Position numbers and translations under genes: made by a program. Of a stretch of 64,000 bases of DNA, positions 24,081 through 37,342 are shown piece by piece; the first letter of the stretch is position 1; every line of letters begins with the position of its first letter. Below the pieces are notes generated by a model. The model was given only the letters and a program-made list of their open reading frames with translations, was not told the origin of the DNA and did no database searches. The stretch comes from Styela clava (taxonomy: Eukaryota), in the NCBI RefSeq assembly GCF_964204865.1, contig NC_135257.1, forward strand, positions 14,942,001 to 15,006,000, in the 5' to 3' direction.

Positions 24081-25171
24081 TTGCTCTGCGTGTCCATATA
24101 TTTGAGCATTGCTCGTTACGAGCATACGTCACACATATATGTTTGTTCGATAAATAGAAAATCTTTAATTAAATACACATTAAGAAAACCATTTTTTACA
24201 AACACGATAATGAAATTCTAATCCTTTTTCGAACATTAATATTTTAAACTGCTTGACGACTCATCCTCATATTTCAATACATTATTAACGTATTTGGGAA
24301 TAATCAGGTATATATAATAGGATATATGACATCTGACTGTTGATCTCACGATCTGGCAAATAAAAAATTCAATGAGTACATCTTAGCAAATGGATTAAAG
24401 CAGGTGATTGACAGTGTAACAGTAGAGGTTTGCAGCTGTTTATTGTAATATTTATTATCTGCTTATCGCAAGTCAACAAGACGATTTCTGAATTTCGTCT
24501 TGCACGGAGTCTTTTTTTTAATGAACTGTTCACAGAAATATGTGATGACGGAAAAGAGATCATTTTTATGCATGTTTTTCAGATTTTTGTTACAGATCCT
24601 TTAAAAATATGCAAATCATTTCCATGCTAGGCTTGTTTGTGATGAACGATCGCTTGTAATTTTGTTGTTCTTCGATAATTTTTGAAGGATTGTAAATTCG
24701 GCGAGTAACTAGTGAACGGAAAAGAGCATCCAGAGGCACTTTTCGATCAATATGTCTTTGTCGTATTTGATTCACAAGGCTATGGTAGAAATTTTGACTG
24801 TGTATATACCTCTATATATATAACTTATATTTCATCAATATCAGAAAGCTGTTGACACCAAATTGAGCATGTGGCAAATATCGAGACATGCTCATCAATT
24901 TTTTACCGAAATCAAAATCTATTTATGTTTAAAACTCATTTGGTCATATATTTAGAATGATAAAACAGAGATGATTGGCAGAACCCAAATGTATTTTGAA
25001 TTAAAAAAATGACAAAAGTTAGAAACTTGAAAATAAGAATCGAAGCTATGCAATCCCAGACTTCAATAGTAACATGTATAAAGACGCCGTAAATAAACTT
25101 TTGAATGTTGTGAAATACGAAAATTTATTTACAGGTGAGACACGTACGCTAATCACCCAAACGTATTAGAT

Positions 25172-25622
25172 CAGGGTGGTCTAAACCCAGGCCCGCGGGC
25201 CACATGTGGCCCGCCGCTTCATTATCTGTGGCCCGCGTCACATTTGGAGAGTAATCGATAAATCGCATTTCGTGTTGTTTCGTAATCAAATTTATCAGAA
25301 AAATCTTTTGACATATTGTTTCATCACTAATGTCACTGAATTGACTAGTGTTATGGCTGGCTGAGGCAAATAACGAAGTTGAATGATGTGCTTGGCAGTC
25401 TAAATTATGATCTGGCTTTCTATCTTTTTGGTCGGAAATATACTGAAAATCGAATGCAAATTCTATTAGCCTGGGATGGCTATGTCTGATAACTATGTGT
25501 TTGCACAATAAAAGTGTTTATTTTGTATTGCACTGTTTATCTATTCTTGGCACTATTGTGGCCCGCGAACAATGAAAATAAAAATTTGTGGCCCGCGGAG
25601 CCGACAACTTGAACCCCCCCTG
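25172..25622. mobile_element. hAT (Charlie-type) MITE with perfect 8-bp TSD
   Basis: TATTAGAT|CAGGGTGGTCTAAAC..GGCCCGCGGGCCACATGTGGCCC ... TGGCCCGCGG..CCCCCTG|TATTAGAT. Confidence 0.9.
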
Positions 25623-28600
25623 TATTAGATACTATGCTGATTTTGAAAATACGTCTAGAATCTCATAGCTGTGGCAAGGTGTAGGTGGAATTTTCACGGT
25701 TGCAAAAGGCCGTGGATGCAAATGCACGTGGGTTTAAATATCAATGAATGAAATTGTTCGTGGGTGGATATGTCCACGAGTGCAATTTATGTTCGGTGCT
25801 AAAATCTGTGGGTGCAAATGTTGGATTTTTTTTTCTATTCTTGTTGTTGTTAATCTTGTTAGAGTGATGGTTGTTGTTAAAAATATCCCACTTCAATTAG
25901 TGTAACACTCGATTTTAAGTATAATGCATTCATTTTTTATTTTCGTGTCCATATATTTGAGCATTGCTTGTTCGTTATATATTTTCATGCATATACCGCA
26001 AGTAGCCTACCCCCCGTTTTATTTTAATCATTCACTTCCTCCGTTTAATAATTCGGATATTACAGTATGTCCCATTTCTCCCAATAAATTGTGCATAATC
26101 GAGATATTACTGTGACTTTAAAAACATACACATTTGTAGGATTACAAGGGATGTTACCGATTTTGTGAACCGTGTGACGTGCTACTCCATAAAATATAAA
26201 TAAATAAATGTCGTACACAATAGATGGCGGTATAGTAGATAAGGCATGGCGCTCATGTTTTTGTCGGACTAGAAAACGCTTTTCTCCCCACCCTCAGGAC
26301 CAATCACCCTCAAATTAAGGATAAAAGTATATGGAACTTAATTTATGTGATAAATTCTAGAATTTGCTCTGGACCCTGCAGGGTCTGTTTCCCAATCCTA
26401 AATTTTGACGGTAGGAGATAATCTACTACCACGCACCCCACCATTTTGTCATCGATTTCGGGGCGAGTTAATTCTCATAAATGATTTATTCATTGATTTG
26501 GTACCACGTTGGTGTCCCTATATCTTAGCATTGTCTCCTTGTTTTGAAGAAGCAACAGCCAGTTGCCTCTGCCACCACTGCCTCTTGTAAATAATTGATT
26601 ATTGCTAGGTTGACTCCGTTAAATGCCTGGGCGTTAGCACTGCATTCATCTTTCTCGTTTACACTTTACTTCACTTTTGTTCAAGAATCACGCTAAAATG
26701 ATATATAACATAAGAGTAGGCTATTCTTCTGTTTTCGTCACCATGAAACAAACCATTAGGTTAAGATAACAAGTCCTTTATTTGTGATTTATGACAACAT
26801 TATCATGTTTTCAGTTGTGGTAAATAGAAGTTATTTTTAAACTATGAAATAGGTTTCAGAAGATTTACGAAGACCTGGGGCGTTATAGATAATAATCAGC
26901 TTTTTAAATACCGCTAACGTTTGTTGTTGTATTTGTAAATGTTGATTTTATCAATATGCACATGTACGAGAAGTTTCTACGAATGGTACTCCGCGTTTAG
27001 TAATGTGGACTGACGAATATATATGTTCCTATATGTTATTTATCAGTGATCCCGTGTATTAAAAAAAAAGAGTGAAATATCGGACCCTGTAGGACTCGGG
27101 AATTATTTGTAAAAACAAAAGTAATAGTGTTCTAAAGACTTTTTCCACTTTCAAAAGCGATTTGATCACAACAGTTCAACAAAACGATATATGGGAACAG
27201 TTTGTGTACAACAAACGCTCATTCACAGTATGGTCTAATGATTGTTTTTGATTGGCATTGATGATAGTTCTGCGAATGTAATCAACTATGTCTAACGCTT
27301 CCCGAGGTTACAGTCACCTTGTTGTGTTAGATTAGGTGTATCATGTTTTGCACATCATGTTCTGGCGTCTTGCTGTGGTGTAGCACTAAATTGGAAACGA
27401 TTTACAACCGCATGGCGAATCGGCGAAACTCTCGTAAGCCATTTCGTTTTGTGAAGATTGAAGTCACCCATTTCAAATGACAAATCATATTTAAAAAGTG
27501 AAGACACAAAATCGACCATTAACTTATTTATATTCAAAATGAATGAGAAAAGGCGTCAGTTTGAAATCGTTCCTATTTTGCAAGAGTTTTTGATAGACAA
27601 AATCAAGTTGAATTTAAAACTGAATTGAAAGTACATAAAATCGTTGTAATAATGATTGAAAACTATTCTGACTTGGAAGAAAGTAAAATAGAATGTGCCA
27701 TAGTGTTTATGTTTTCACGGGCATTTCAATTTTCTGCCGAAGGAAAATTCATCATGTGTTTAGCATTACCGGCACAGACGATCAGAAATTAACATTTTAA
27801 TGTTGAAATGGTCGACGCGCATTGATTTTTTTCATATTCTTTCCATAGTAGACGTTGTTGTTTGTTTTGTATCTAACGTGGAATGTAAGGTGACATTGGT
27901 CGAAATCTACGTGTCAGATCAGAGCACGGATTTCGTCATGTCACAAATACAAACAAAGCTGATGATGTTTTTCCTCGATAAAGTAAATACCAAAATAAAA
28001 ATACAAGCAGGACATTGTATTCGAACTTATAATAAATCATATTTATCCAATCTATGTGCTTTTTGTAGTTATTTATCCTAAACCAAATCATTATACCCGA
28101 GTCCGGGCACATTTTTTATGAGGACCACCACTCAGACCAGGATAATTCATTTCTGATGTGACATAAAATTAAATCAATTTTACGTTTTTTGTAATAATCT
28201 CGAAAATGACGGAAACCCAAGGTTCAGGATAACAAGGTCACAATGTCACGATTATCCACAAATCGAGGTTCAATTTCCTTATACACTGTATCATATCTTC
28301 GCATATTTAAACTAATAATAACGGTGACTCATCACAAATAACTAGTGTCCTTGATATTTCAATAAATAAATAAATAAGTTTTGCAGGAATTTGCGTTTTC
28401 GTAATACTGAGTATTTTCTGCAACCAAAATTAGGAAACCATTTCGGTAAATTAATCATTGTAACTGCGTTTGTAGGACGTTTTCGTTACAAGAATATACA
28501 GAGTGCGATATGGTGCTCCGATTTAAAGTCAGCAAGAGTACGTTGAGTTAAACTTGCGATTTTCTTATGGTGAATTAAATCAACAGCCAAAGGTATTTTT

Positions 28601-29907
28601 GGAATTGTTATCCGATGGATGTAATATACGATGCTACAATCATGCTTGTAGTTGTGTATTAATGTGATTAGACCAAAACATTTCATGTTTTGCTCCCATA
28701 GTATTATGAGCTGCATGCAATTAGTCAATATTTGTTCAAATTCTCCTCGATTTTAAATTATTTCTTAAGAACCATCGAGCAATATTATACTGCGCAACGA
28801 TTTGGGCACAATTCTGCTTGTAAAAAACTGTTGACTATTGAAGTATGAATCAATAATAATATGTATGGAAGCACTAAATTCCCGTCAATAAAGTCATTTT
28901 AAGGCTTAATGTCAAGATTTGCATTGATGCAGAGAAATTAATACAGAATCTTATTTTATTACAATGTCCGTGTAAATTATTTTAACGCAATATTTCCGAT
29001 CGGATTTTCTTGAAAATCGTGAATCTTAAAAAAAAAAATTATATATATAATTACTCTATATTTAACACGTAATTACATATGCTGAAAGTTCATGTGTCTT
29101 AAGCAGCTTATATCGTATTTAACTATTTATACCTTATTTTGGCGAGTTTTGTGACCATTTCAAGCAAAGAGATTTGAATTAATCCATATTGTTTTTTAAT
29201 CATGCCCTGCTCCAAAATATCAAATTTGCATACAAATATATTATAGCTAATTTGATGAAGACACAATCGAGTGTTCTCATACAAAGTACGCACTCTATGA
29301 CATCAGATCCTATAACATTAGAAACAAGAAATTTCAGTGGATGCATATTTTTGGCACTGATTTCTCTAATTCCATGTTATGACCTAAATCTACAGTCAAC
29401 ATTTATCTTTTTAAAAATATATCATTCATGCACGCCAGACGCACAATTGAGGTAAACGAGCATGTAATCAAGTTGTCGTTAACTATTGAAAACGACACTT
29501 GATTTCATTCACCGATATAGCAACAAGAATTGGAATTGCTAACCGCGTGTGTATTGTTGTGGCGCAGTTATCGTGATAAACATCTACGCCTTGACGTAAG
29601 GGGATTGTAAGAAATAAACAAAGAGCAAAAACCAGTTCAACTTTTAATTTACTAACTTTTAATTTTATTCTGTCATCACAAAAACGAATGCGGAAATATA
29701 TTATGATACATTATCACAATATAAGACCTATTAGCCTCAGGGTCTCGAGGTTCAAGTTTCTCGCTGTGCAAGCATATTTACGAACGGAAAAAACGGAACC
29801 TCGACAATGGCATGAATATAAAGTCTGGCTGGCTAACTTATTCTCAAATCACATAAAATATCTTGGTGGATCGAAGGCACGCGGCGAATAGGAGGAATCG
29901 AACCAGC

Positions 29908-32900
29908 ATGCATTCGTCCATAGAAATTTTACTCGTTGCAGTCGTGTTGACGAGCGAGGTGTTATCACTAAGTGAGTACATTTCATATGTTTTTATATAT
30001 ATATCCGAATATTTCATAGCTAACATATCAACAATTAAATCTAGTTACATACATTCATAAATCAGACTGTTTTCTTATAAACGGTCAACTATTTAAATGG
30101 TCGGAGATGGACGAGATTCGATGATGTTTGTGGGTCTGGATGAATATAAATTTTTCTTTCGCAAAAGGCACGAATCTAACAAACAAATGTAAGCCCGCAG
30201 TTGAACTATTACTAGATCACATCATTTATGACATTAGATAGTTAGTTGGTACATTTCAATTATCTTCACAAGAGTTTCACGTGGCTATAGGTAGATAATA
30301 ATAGTCGAAGTTTAGCATTTTATTTTTTGACGATTTCGCGTATTACCGATTCGTTAAGCTGACGTGATTTTCGATCTCATAATATTTCTGTGACACAAAA
30401 TCTAAAATGCGAAAAAATGAGTCGCAAAAACTCTAGATAGACGGTGCAATTCGGTCTGCTATCGGCTCAGTATAATTTTCCAAATTCCGAGAATCAGGTT
30501 TATAACTAGATGTGTAAATGTCTTCCAATTATTTAACGACACTACAACTTGTACAAAATTGTTGAGATGAAATAACACAGAAAGAGGATTGTTGCAATCA
30601 GGACTTAGGAGACTGCCATAGGGCAGCCGAAGTTAGGTATAAGGGGCATCATTATCAGAAACTCGTCCTGGGCAGCACATAAGTTTGGCAGGCCCCTGGT
30701 TACAGTACAAACTAGTTTCACATAATGCGCTGTCAATCACTAGTGATTCTTGATTAAATACTCTAATAAAAGTATACGAACGTTTTCATGATAATTGTTT
30801 TCACTGAAATCCCACATTAAAGACGATTTGTTTCGCACTTAAACGTAAATTGCTAGTTTCTGCATCTTTTAACTTTGATTGCAAGTAACGATTATTCAAA
30901 TAATAAAATGAATAAATTACAAATAAATTACGTCCTATCGTAATTGATGTGGTTACAGCGATTTCAAATATATATGTATTGGGAAAACTGTGTCACAAGA
31001 TTTTAAGATCACTAACTTTTCTCAATCCTATCTTTGAATTAGGTTCTAATAATAATTTTATTGAGATAAGTTCAGCGAGCTGTTTCTCGGATTTTAAAAA
31101 ATAACTGAAAAATTTAAGCATATACAATAAAAGAATCTGGAAACAAAATTCAATTTAATGCCTCTGCTACGAGATATAATTCAGGAAAAAATAGAATGTA
31201 AATAAAAACAAACAGACTAAGTTTCGATATTCTCTGTTCGCACACAATACGGGGCATTTCCGATATAATTAAGAAGTGCTTGAAGACGGTAATTGGTTTA
31301 ATTTTCTTGGCCTGAGGTTTTGTTCACAAAAAAAGTCTACTTCCGGATCACAGTTTTATTCTAAAGCACAGTTTTATTCTAAAGCATGTATTAAGTACAA
31401 TTGTGTTAAGTGTTTGCTTTGGTGGTTATACTCGATTTTTATTTACGCAGTTTCCTCTTATTGTTGGGTGAACTAATGTGAGACTCATACCGGTTAAATC
31501 AAAATCATGGCGAATAATGAATTATAGAAACATTGCGCCCGCGCGTGAAAATTTTTTTCGGATCGCCGTCAAGAGGGTCTAATTTATAGTTTTCATACAT
31601 GATAATACCTCTCTTGTAATGTAATACATCGAACTTTTCTTTTAACGCACGCTTTCAACCTACACACACACACACATATATATATACATATTGCGCGCAA
31701 AGAAACGTGTAATTGAATTTAAGAAAGTCTGCTGACCTCCGGGAACAAGGCGTTGAAAAATATTTGCTCAATATAACTAAACTGAAACAGAAATTGTTTG
31801 TTACTCAAAAAGGATGTCCTGGTACAATTCCACTTCAAAACAAATGCAAAGGAAAGAGGTGCATTCCGCGTGTGAGAAGAACTGAAATTGACTGGAATTC
31901 GGCGTCAACAAGAGGCTTCACAGTCACTTGGTTACCGGAACCTTCCGCCCAATGCTACTATGTAGAACTGTTGAATTCATATACAATTCACGTGTTACGC
32001 GTAATTCCATGTCACGAAGGGACTACGATCGAGGTAAGAAGTGTCACGGGAACGATAGTTATCCTAGGCCTAATTTAATTAACATCCTTAGATGGAGAGT
32101 TTTGACAATATTATAAAAAATACAAAGCCATCTAAGGAAAAGCATTTTGAATATGTTTGGAGTTTCTGGTGACATATACAGTAAACTCACGCATTTTCTT
32201 ATTAATGATAAATATACGTTGGCCTACCGTTACAGAATTTTTCATAATATAGTCGACAAAAGACACGAACGTAATATTTTTGAAATTAAACAACTCAGCA
32301 GGTATTTATCGAATAGCTCTCTAATGAACAAATCCCAACGATAAAAGATATCGATCGTAGAACTTAGTACGGCTGATAGCAAGTAACTTTAATATTTACC
32401 TCAAGTCATTTTAGATAAACTACTTGATGACACATTTACCCATGTTTTCTAGTTTTCCAACCTCTCTCCTTGGAGGATTTACGGAGTTCAAGTTAGCGCG
32501 GTCAGTTATGACTGTCGACGCGGTAAACAAGGAGTTCCTGCACGTGTGCGAACACTCTGGGCCCCAACTACTACTCGAGCGGTACGTAATATAAAGAATG
32601 ATAACCGAAGAGAACTTGCTAAAATATTGTTTGAAATGAAGCCATTCTAGTGCAAGATTATGCAAATGAAAAGTGTAAAGCAATAAACCAATAACAACGA
32701 GATATTTAAAGCATTTCTATCACCAGCATCTAATCCGAATTGTATGATGATACATGGGATATCTTAGTTGAACGCTTCCAATGCTCATTCATTTAAAATG
32801 ATTTAATCTAATTCTAACCTACAGACAACAACGAGGCCCATGCCAACACCAGAGCCTGGTAAATGCGGAAGAAGAAAATTTACTTGTGCTTCCAACGAAA

Positions 32901-34795
32901 CTGAGTGTATTCCAGCTCGACAGTGGTGCAACAGGCAATTAGATTGCATGGATGGTAGTGATGAACGTGGTTGTCCGGGTAATATTTTATTTTTATCCAA
33001 AAAATGTTTATTCAGTTGCATCAATAATTGTTTGACAATTTATTTAAAAAATATGTGCTGTAGGCTGCCCTACGGGTTATAATAATATTCGTGAATTTAC
33101 TGTAACGTAAACGGTTTAGAAATTCGCCACGATTTTGGAAAAGTTTCGGCTCACATCTACATCCCCTGCAGCTTAAGATAGCGATCGATAGTGATATCAG
33201 AATAATTGCTCATGTTTTTTCACGATATTCGATAATATCTAAACACCAAATACCACGTGTTGCTTACCCAATTGTGCACGTGGAACAACAATAAATTATT
33301 TTTCAAGTTTGACGTACAAATTAATAAAGAATAGCTAAGAATAACAAAAATATCTTTATCGTGGCTACGGGTATTTTTCTTCTTGTCAAATGTTTATATT
33401 TATTAATTCTATGATATCGCAGGCGGATGTGAAGAGATTGATATAGATTTCAAAAATGGAAACTATTCCTGCACGAGATGGGGTTCACCTGGAAGCTTCT
33501 GTGCATTTGACTGCGATAAACCACACATCAGTGATGGAAGGGAATACACTTGGTGTGGAAGAAAAACCGGGAAGTGGACCTACCCAGTTCCCACTTGTAG
33601 ATGTAAATCAGTGAAATGTTTACATACAAATTGCAATTAGATATGACTTTATAATGAGTTATGTTAATCCACAGTTAATATTTTAAACCTGCCCCTTTAA
33701 ATAAAGAGAATAAAAGATAAATAATATGAAAGATTGGTATAAAAGAGTTTTATATTACTGTATAACTTAAATGATTTTACTTTCAGTACAATCAACAAAA
33801 AATCTTATAATGTTAGAAGAGGAGGCAACAGCAACCAGTCTAACTGTGAAATGGGACGCAGTACCCGGAGCAGTACGATATTCTTTTCTGGCAGTAGAGG
33901 TCACCAGCGACAAATACAAGAATATGGCAGTTATGGTAATCACATACAGAACAACAAATATTACGATTATGCGATACTAACGCCAAGGCAAAGCTGGAAT
34001 GGAACATTCCAAATTTATGACCCAATACCATACAGTTTGAAACCTAGTTTTACCAATCACACAATGTAGCCAAACAAAAATGACATCCTGAGTGTCTGCT
34101 TGAAGTTGAACTAAAACTTCAAAGGAGTCCGAATTAGCTAATGTTAAAAACCTGACCACCCTGATGATAAAAGCCATACGGCAACTTTTCCCTCAAATTA
34201 TCGTGTTGAATATAGATGATGGACAACGGTTTGTTGTTGCACCCAAACAAGAGTCAGAGATGCCTAATTCATAATACATTTTTTCTGTTAAATTTCATTT
34301 AGAGAATAAAATCTGTAAGTTCAGAAGATTGCTGCACTGGGACAATCACCGATCTAAAACCGGATAGTGATTTTAAGGTTGTCATGACAGCAGTAGACGG
34401 AGATGATGTTGACGGTATCAAATCATTTCCGGTGTTTGGTCGCACTGGTAAGTAGCACACGTAGGAAACGTGATTTGCTTTTACTTCTATCTTCAAAAAC
34501 TTCATGTTTTTTCTTTGAGTCGAGTTTTTTGAACACGACTAATTGTAATTAGTAACCGGAAAGAGGTGACCATAAAGTGATGATGCTTGTTACATTATTG
34601 TCCTCATTCGCCTTAGCTTATTGTGCAGACTTAAACTACTCAAAAAATCTTACAGCTAATTTGGAAGATGAGACTGAAAAAGGTAAAGATGATGACACAA
34701 AAGGGGAGGAAGAAGATAAAGAAGAAGAAAAAGAGAAAGTAGAAAGGGAAAAAGAAGAGAAAGAGGAAGATAAGAATGATGAAGGCTATGAGTAG
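29908..34795 (+). CDS. Secreted mosaic protein: signal peptide-FN3-Thr/Pro linker-LDLa-CCP/sushi-FN3-acidic tail, ~393 aa
   Basis: GT-AG exons with matching phases: 29908-29971, 31813-32033, 32453-32581, 32825-32978, 33423-33602, 33787-33935, 34303-34447, 34656-34795 (1182 nt). LDLa: CGRRKFTCASNETECIPARQWCNRQLDCMDGSDERGC. CCP: CEEIDIDFKNGNYSC..GSFCAFDC..C..GKWTYPVPTC. FN3: FTVTW/NLSPWRIYGVQVSAV and SLTVKWDAVPGA/ITDLKPDSDFKVVMTAV. Confidence 0.85.
30599..30697. mobile_element. Short degenerate hAT-like MITE in intron 1
   Basis: CAGG...CCCTG termini with GGGCAGC subterminal motifs. Flanks GTTGCAAT / GTTACAGT match at 6 of 8. Confidence 0.35.
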
Positions 34796-34913
34796 ACTGT
34801 CAGCTAAACTCAACCACGACGTATTGGAGAACTTGTATATGATTGAAAGGAAATTAAATGTTTATATCTTTCGCACTTATTTGATTCATCGGCATTAAGG
34901 ACATATTTTTTTC

Positions 34914-35087
34914 GGTGACGTACATTTGAACCCAAATGTATATCCGCGGGTTCAAACTATATGCGGGTGCTGAAACTCATGGGTTAGGGTTAGTATATGT
35001 GGGTTCAAATATCCGCGAAACAAAAAAAAATTCCTAGGTGCAATAGTATGCAGGTGCAATTGTCGTGGGTTCAAATGTACGGGATCC
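34914..35087. mobile_element. Palindromic MITE with GTGGGTTCAAAT subrepeats and central GGGTTAGGGTTAG
   Basis: GGTGACGTACATTTGAACCCA ... TGGGTTCAAATGTACGGGATCC, flanked on both sides by A(T)7-8C. A related fragment lies at ~25680-25825. Confidence 0.7.
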
Positions 35088-37102
35088 ATTTTTTTTCCAA
35101 TATAGGAACCATTATAATGACCGTGGGTGGCGAACCACTGAAAATTTCTGTGATACACAGATTTGTAATAATTAATTTACATTAATTTATTCTAACAATA
35201 AGTGAAAGAACTGATAGTCGTAGTGGGCAGCTACTATCATAAATTATTTACGACGTTTATGAGATAACAATACATTCGCGATACTCAAGTCGCAATATTC
35301 TTGCTACAAGAGCTACATGTGTAGATTGCAAAACTCCACAATACCAAACCAGAAATATAAGAAACTAATGCAAATTCAACTTTCTCAATAATTCAGGCTT
35401 GATTAAATCTAATACCACATTCTTTTATGAAAAAAATATAATCTGTGACCTAGTAAAAATTCTTTCCTTTGTTTATACTATAAAATTTACGCTAGAAATA
35501 GAACAGATTCAGACTAAATTTTCTTTGGACTTTGAAATATCTAAACAAAGTGACTTTGACTATATGCCGAATGTTGACAAAAATTTTGACGCCATCTTGA
35601 GAAAGCTAATTTCTATCTCTTTGTCATGGGACAATCAAATTTTTACAACTTTGACAAAGCGTACATATTGTATAAACTTATTATGCTTACTTTTATAAAT
35701 ACAACATTGGTTTTATATCGCGCTTATAGGGTGACGGCCGTGATCCAATTCTTATGACTAAAGTCAATTGTGACATTTGATACAAGAATATCTTAAATCA
35801 TTGTGTATAACAAATCAATAGTGCCACAAGACTGTTACCATGTCATCTATATTTGCATGAACATTGTTCGCTTTTATGACTCTTACTTTTTCGCGTGAAA
35901 TATACGCATTCCTAGAGTATATATTACAATAAAAATGGTTCATATATCGCATTGAGTGGTGTATGCGATGACAGAACATTGGTCTTACGGTCCAAAGTTA
36001 TGGTCTTTACGACGATACCGATAAAAAGGAACAAGAACTAATTAATGAGCCAATCTTAGCACCACAGTACGTTTCAAATCAGCTGTGAAGGGTTTTCGCG
36101 GAAATGAACCATGTGCACTTACGGTATTAGACAATCTATCACTTTAAGTTAGGCTCTATAGACTTAGAGCAACTAATAGGAGTCATCAGATATAATTACA
36201 TAACAACAATACATGACAACCTATTACATAAAACCAAGCTATAAATAGCCCCCGAAGCAAAATCGTAGCCGCTGTACTCAATCCATGGAGTCGATCGACA
36301 GCTCGATAGCGGAAACAGGCTTTGGTGTTCTTTACGTGCAGTTTTTTACAGCGGTTATGTGACAATAGAGATAGACAGTGCTTGCTGCAATTCGTGAGCT
36401 GCAGTTCATTTATCTGTTGAACCGAGTTTAGCGAACATGAGTGATTTTTTTAACATTTCAAGGAAAAATCAGGCGGCGGTGAGGAAGAAGAGTTGACCTT
36501 TTGCCTTTATTCCTTAGGCCTACATGTTTACAAAACTAAAAGGCATAAAGTACACATTAACGATTACAAAATAGAGTTTTATTTAAAAGCAGCCTTTTTT
36601 CGTATAAATAAGTATTTTTCAACATGTACTTTCTATTTTGACCCCTCTGTGGTCCGTGAAGCGTGAAATTGGCCAAATGCCCGCGGGTAACGTATTGCCG
36701 CCATTTGATTTTTGGAATCAAGTTATATCATTGGAAATGGTATTAATCCTTGAAAAACTACGTCATCATGTGTTATTTGTTTCCGTTCAATTAAGTACAC
36801 GTCATTGCCGTTGATCTACCGACTAAACAAAGCGTGAGCTCAAAGCGTTTGAATGTAATCAAACCAGCTACCGGTAGTCAACAAATGATGACAGCGTTTT
36901 CTATCGTGCAAAAGTTCTTGCAGATTCAATTTTTGCGCAGGCAATCGAGATTTTTTGAGACGGAAAAATTTTCATTATCGCTAGCATAGGAACTTTCGAT
37001 TGTTTTCGTATTATCGCCGTTTTGCATAACTACATATGGCCATTAGAACAACGTGAAACAGAAAGAAGAGTTAAAATTTTTATTTATTGGATAGGACTAA
37101 GC

Positions 37103-37342
37103 TAGGGTCACCATATTTGAAAACGCAAAATTCCGGACAGTGCATAACTATTTTCATGACCTCGTAGTAAAAAATATGCGCACGGTACGAAATAACAATG
37201 TTCTGTATTAGCAGTGTGCACAGTAGGATAGCAGATGCAGTAAAATTCCGGATATTTGAGCATTTTTTAAATTCTTTCCGGACGCAAAATTGAACCCTAA
37301 ATTCCGGACATGTGGAATTTTCCGGACGGTATGACAACCCTA
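37103..37342. mobile_element. hAT (Tip100-type) MITE with perfect 8-bp TSD
   Basis: GACTAAGC|TAGGGTCACCATA..TTCCGGACA repeats..TATGACAACCCTA|GACTAAGC. Confidence 0.9.

Noticed and set aside
27330-27437. Possible upstream exon ending CTC|GTAAG
   Set aside because: No recognisable protein and no supported partner exon.
31349-31388. 18-19-bp tandem duplications here and at ~44651-44688
   Set aside because: Ordinary slippage duplications with no further structure.
34577-34795. Stand-alone 72-aa secreted acidic peptide
   Set aside because: It starts at GTG, and its 3' part fits in phase as the last exon of the FN3-LDLa-CCP gene. An independent short form is unsupported, though not strictly excluded.
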